Shown piece by piece: positions 63,344 to 64,000 of a DNA stretch of 64,000 nt; positions within the stretch are counted from its first letter, which is position 1; the number at the start of each line of letters is the position of its first letter. Made by a program: the position numbers and the translations under genes. Below the pieces are notes generated by a model. It ran no database searches and was not told where the DNA came from. It saw only the letters and a program-made list of their open reading frames with translations. The stretch is from Eubacteriales bacterium (lineage in GTDB: Bacteria > Bacillota > Clostridia > Oscillospirales > CAG-272): the NCBI GenBank assembly GCA_045594705.1, contig JAZNZB010000038.1, positions 20,234 through 84,233 on the forward strand, read 5' to 3'.

Positions 63344-64000
63344 ATGGAGTTACAAAAAAACAAAGGATACAAAGCCTATTTCTTTGCTGCAATTGCCGTA
63401 GCAATCGTGGGCATTTTACTTTATGCTATCGTAAATATTGACAGCCTGAAAGCATTTATCAATCGCTTGATGCTGATCTTCGGACCGGTGATCTACGGTT
63501 TTTGCATTGCATACCTGTGTAATCCCATCATGAAGGTGTTTGATAATTACGTATTCAAAAAGGTCAAGTTCCCCGGTCTGCGCCGAGCGCTCTCCCTGAC
63601 CATGACCGTGATCGTCGTGCTTTTGGGAATCTCCGTCGTCATCGGACTTCTGGTACCCGAGATCATTCGCAGTATCCAACACCTGTTTGCCAACTATGAC
63701 TCGTATCTGGAAGAGGTCATCGGCATTGTCAATGGCTTCATTATCTGGCTGGAAAAGATGATCGGTAATTCCCCTGCCGAAAACGCACAATATATCAGCG
63801 TTGAGGAGATCAAGGAGATCGTGACCTCGACAGTCAACTCCGTATTCGACTCCTCCAAGAGCATACTGCAGCAGATCACCGAGATTTTTGATGAGAATTC
63901 CACGTCCATGCTCAAAAAAGTATTCGAAAAGCTGTTCCCCTATACCGGAACATTGATCAATAAGATCTACGTCTTTATTATCGACGCCTTCTTCAGCATT
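63344..64000 (+). CDS. AI-2E-family (PerM/YtvI-like) transporter, 5' part (runs off the window end)
   Basis: My own translation from ATG 63344 (AGGAG RBS): MELQKNKGYKAYFFAAIAVAIVGILLYAIV...LMLIFGPVIYGFCIAYLCNPIMKVFDNY...RRALSLTMTVIVVLLGISVVIGLLVPEII. Open to position 64000. Not in the ORF track because it has no stop. Confidence 0.75.
   Translation, partial: MELQKNKGYKAYFFAAIAVAIVGILLYAIVNIDSLKAFINRLMLIFGPVIYGFCIAYLCNPIMKVFDNYVFKKVKFPGLRRALSLTMTVIVVLLGISVVIGLLVPEIIRSIQHLFANYDSYLEEVIGIVNGFIIWLEKMIGNSPAENAQYISVEEIKEIVTSTVNSVFDSSKSILQQITEIFDENSTSMLKKVFEKLFPYTGTLINKIYVFIIDAFFSI

Overview
64-kb chromosomal segment that looks like a moderately GC-rich Firmicute of class Clostridia. This placement is inference from gene order (nusB-xseA-xseB-ispA-tlyA-nadK-argR-recN), protein signatures and AGGAGG ribosome-binding sites; nothing was searched. 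About 50 credible CDSs, most on the minus strand. I saw no rRNA, tRNA, CRISPR, integrase or transposase. Housekeeping genes: asnS, argS, rplS, dut, recN, argR, nadK, xseAB, ispA, ispE, nusB, a YebC-family gene. They are interleaved with carbohydrate-related genes (GH35 beta-galactosidase, GH78-like, GH42-like, a BNR/propeller protein, two SGNH hydrolases). Five things stand out. (1) Four tandem paralogous genes (304-7048) encode secreted two-domain proteins of no family I recognise. Each has its own promoter and terminator and ends in a Gly-Cys motif, a hydrophobic helix and a KK(K/R)D tail that looks like a sorting signal. (2) Three tandem sigma-factor/membrane-protein modules (16548-24857) are translationally coupled by ATGA overlaps. 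The membrane partner carries an extracellular BspA-type leucine-rich-repeat domain, and a shared non-sigma-A upstream motif precedes each sigma gene. (3) An apparent 7-gene operon (27297-36135) joins a glycerol-3-phosphate-dehydrogenase-like trio, two glycosidase-like proteins and a pair of COG0523-type GTPases, one with a His-rich repeat. (4) An intact GlgB-like ORF has substitutions in all four GH13 catalytic motifs, and its ribosome-binding site lies inside the upstream terminator hairpin. (5) A cluster of three hairpin repeat units has conserved loops and differing but complementary stems. Many long ORFs in the six-frame track are antisense shadows and were rejected.
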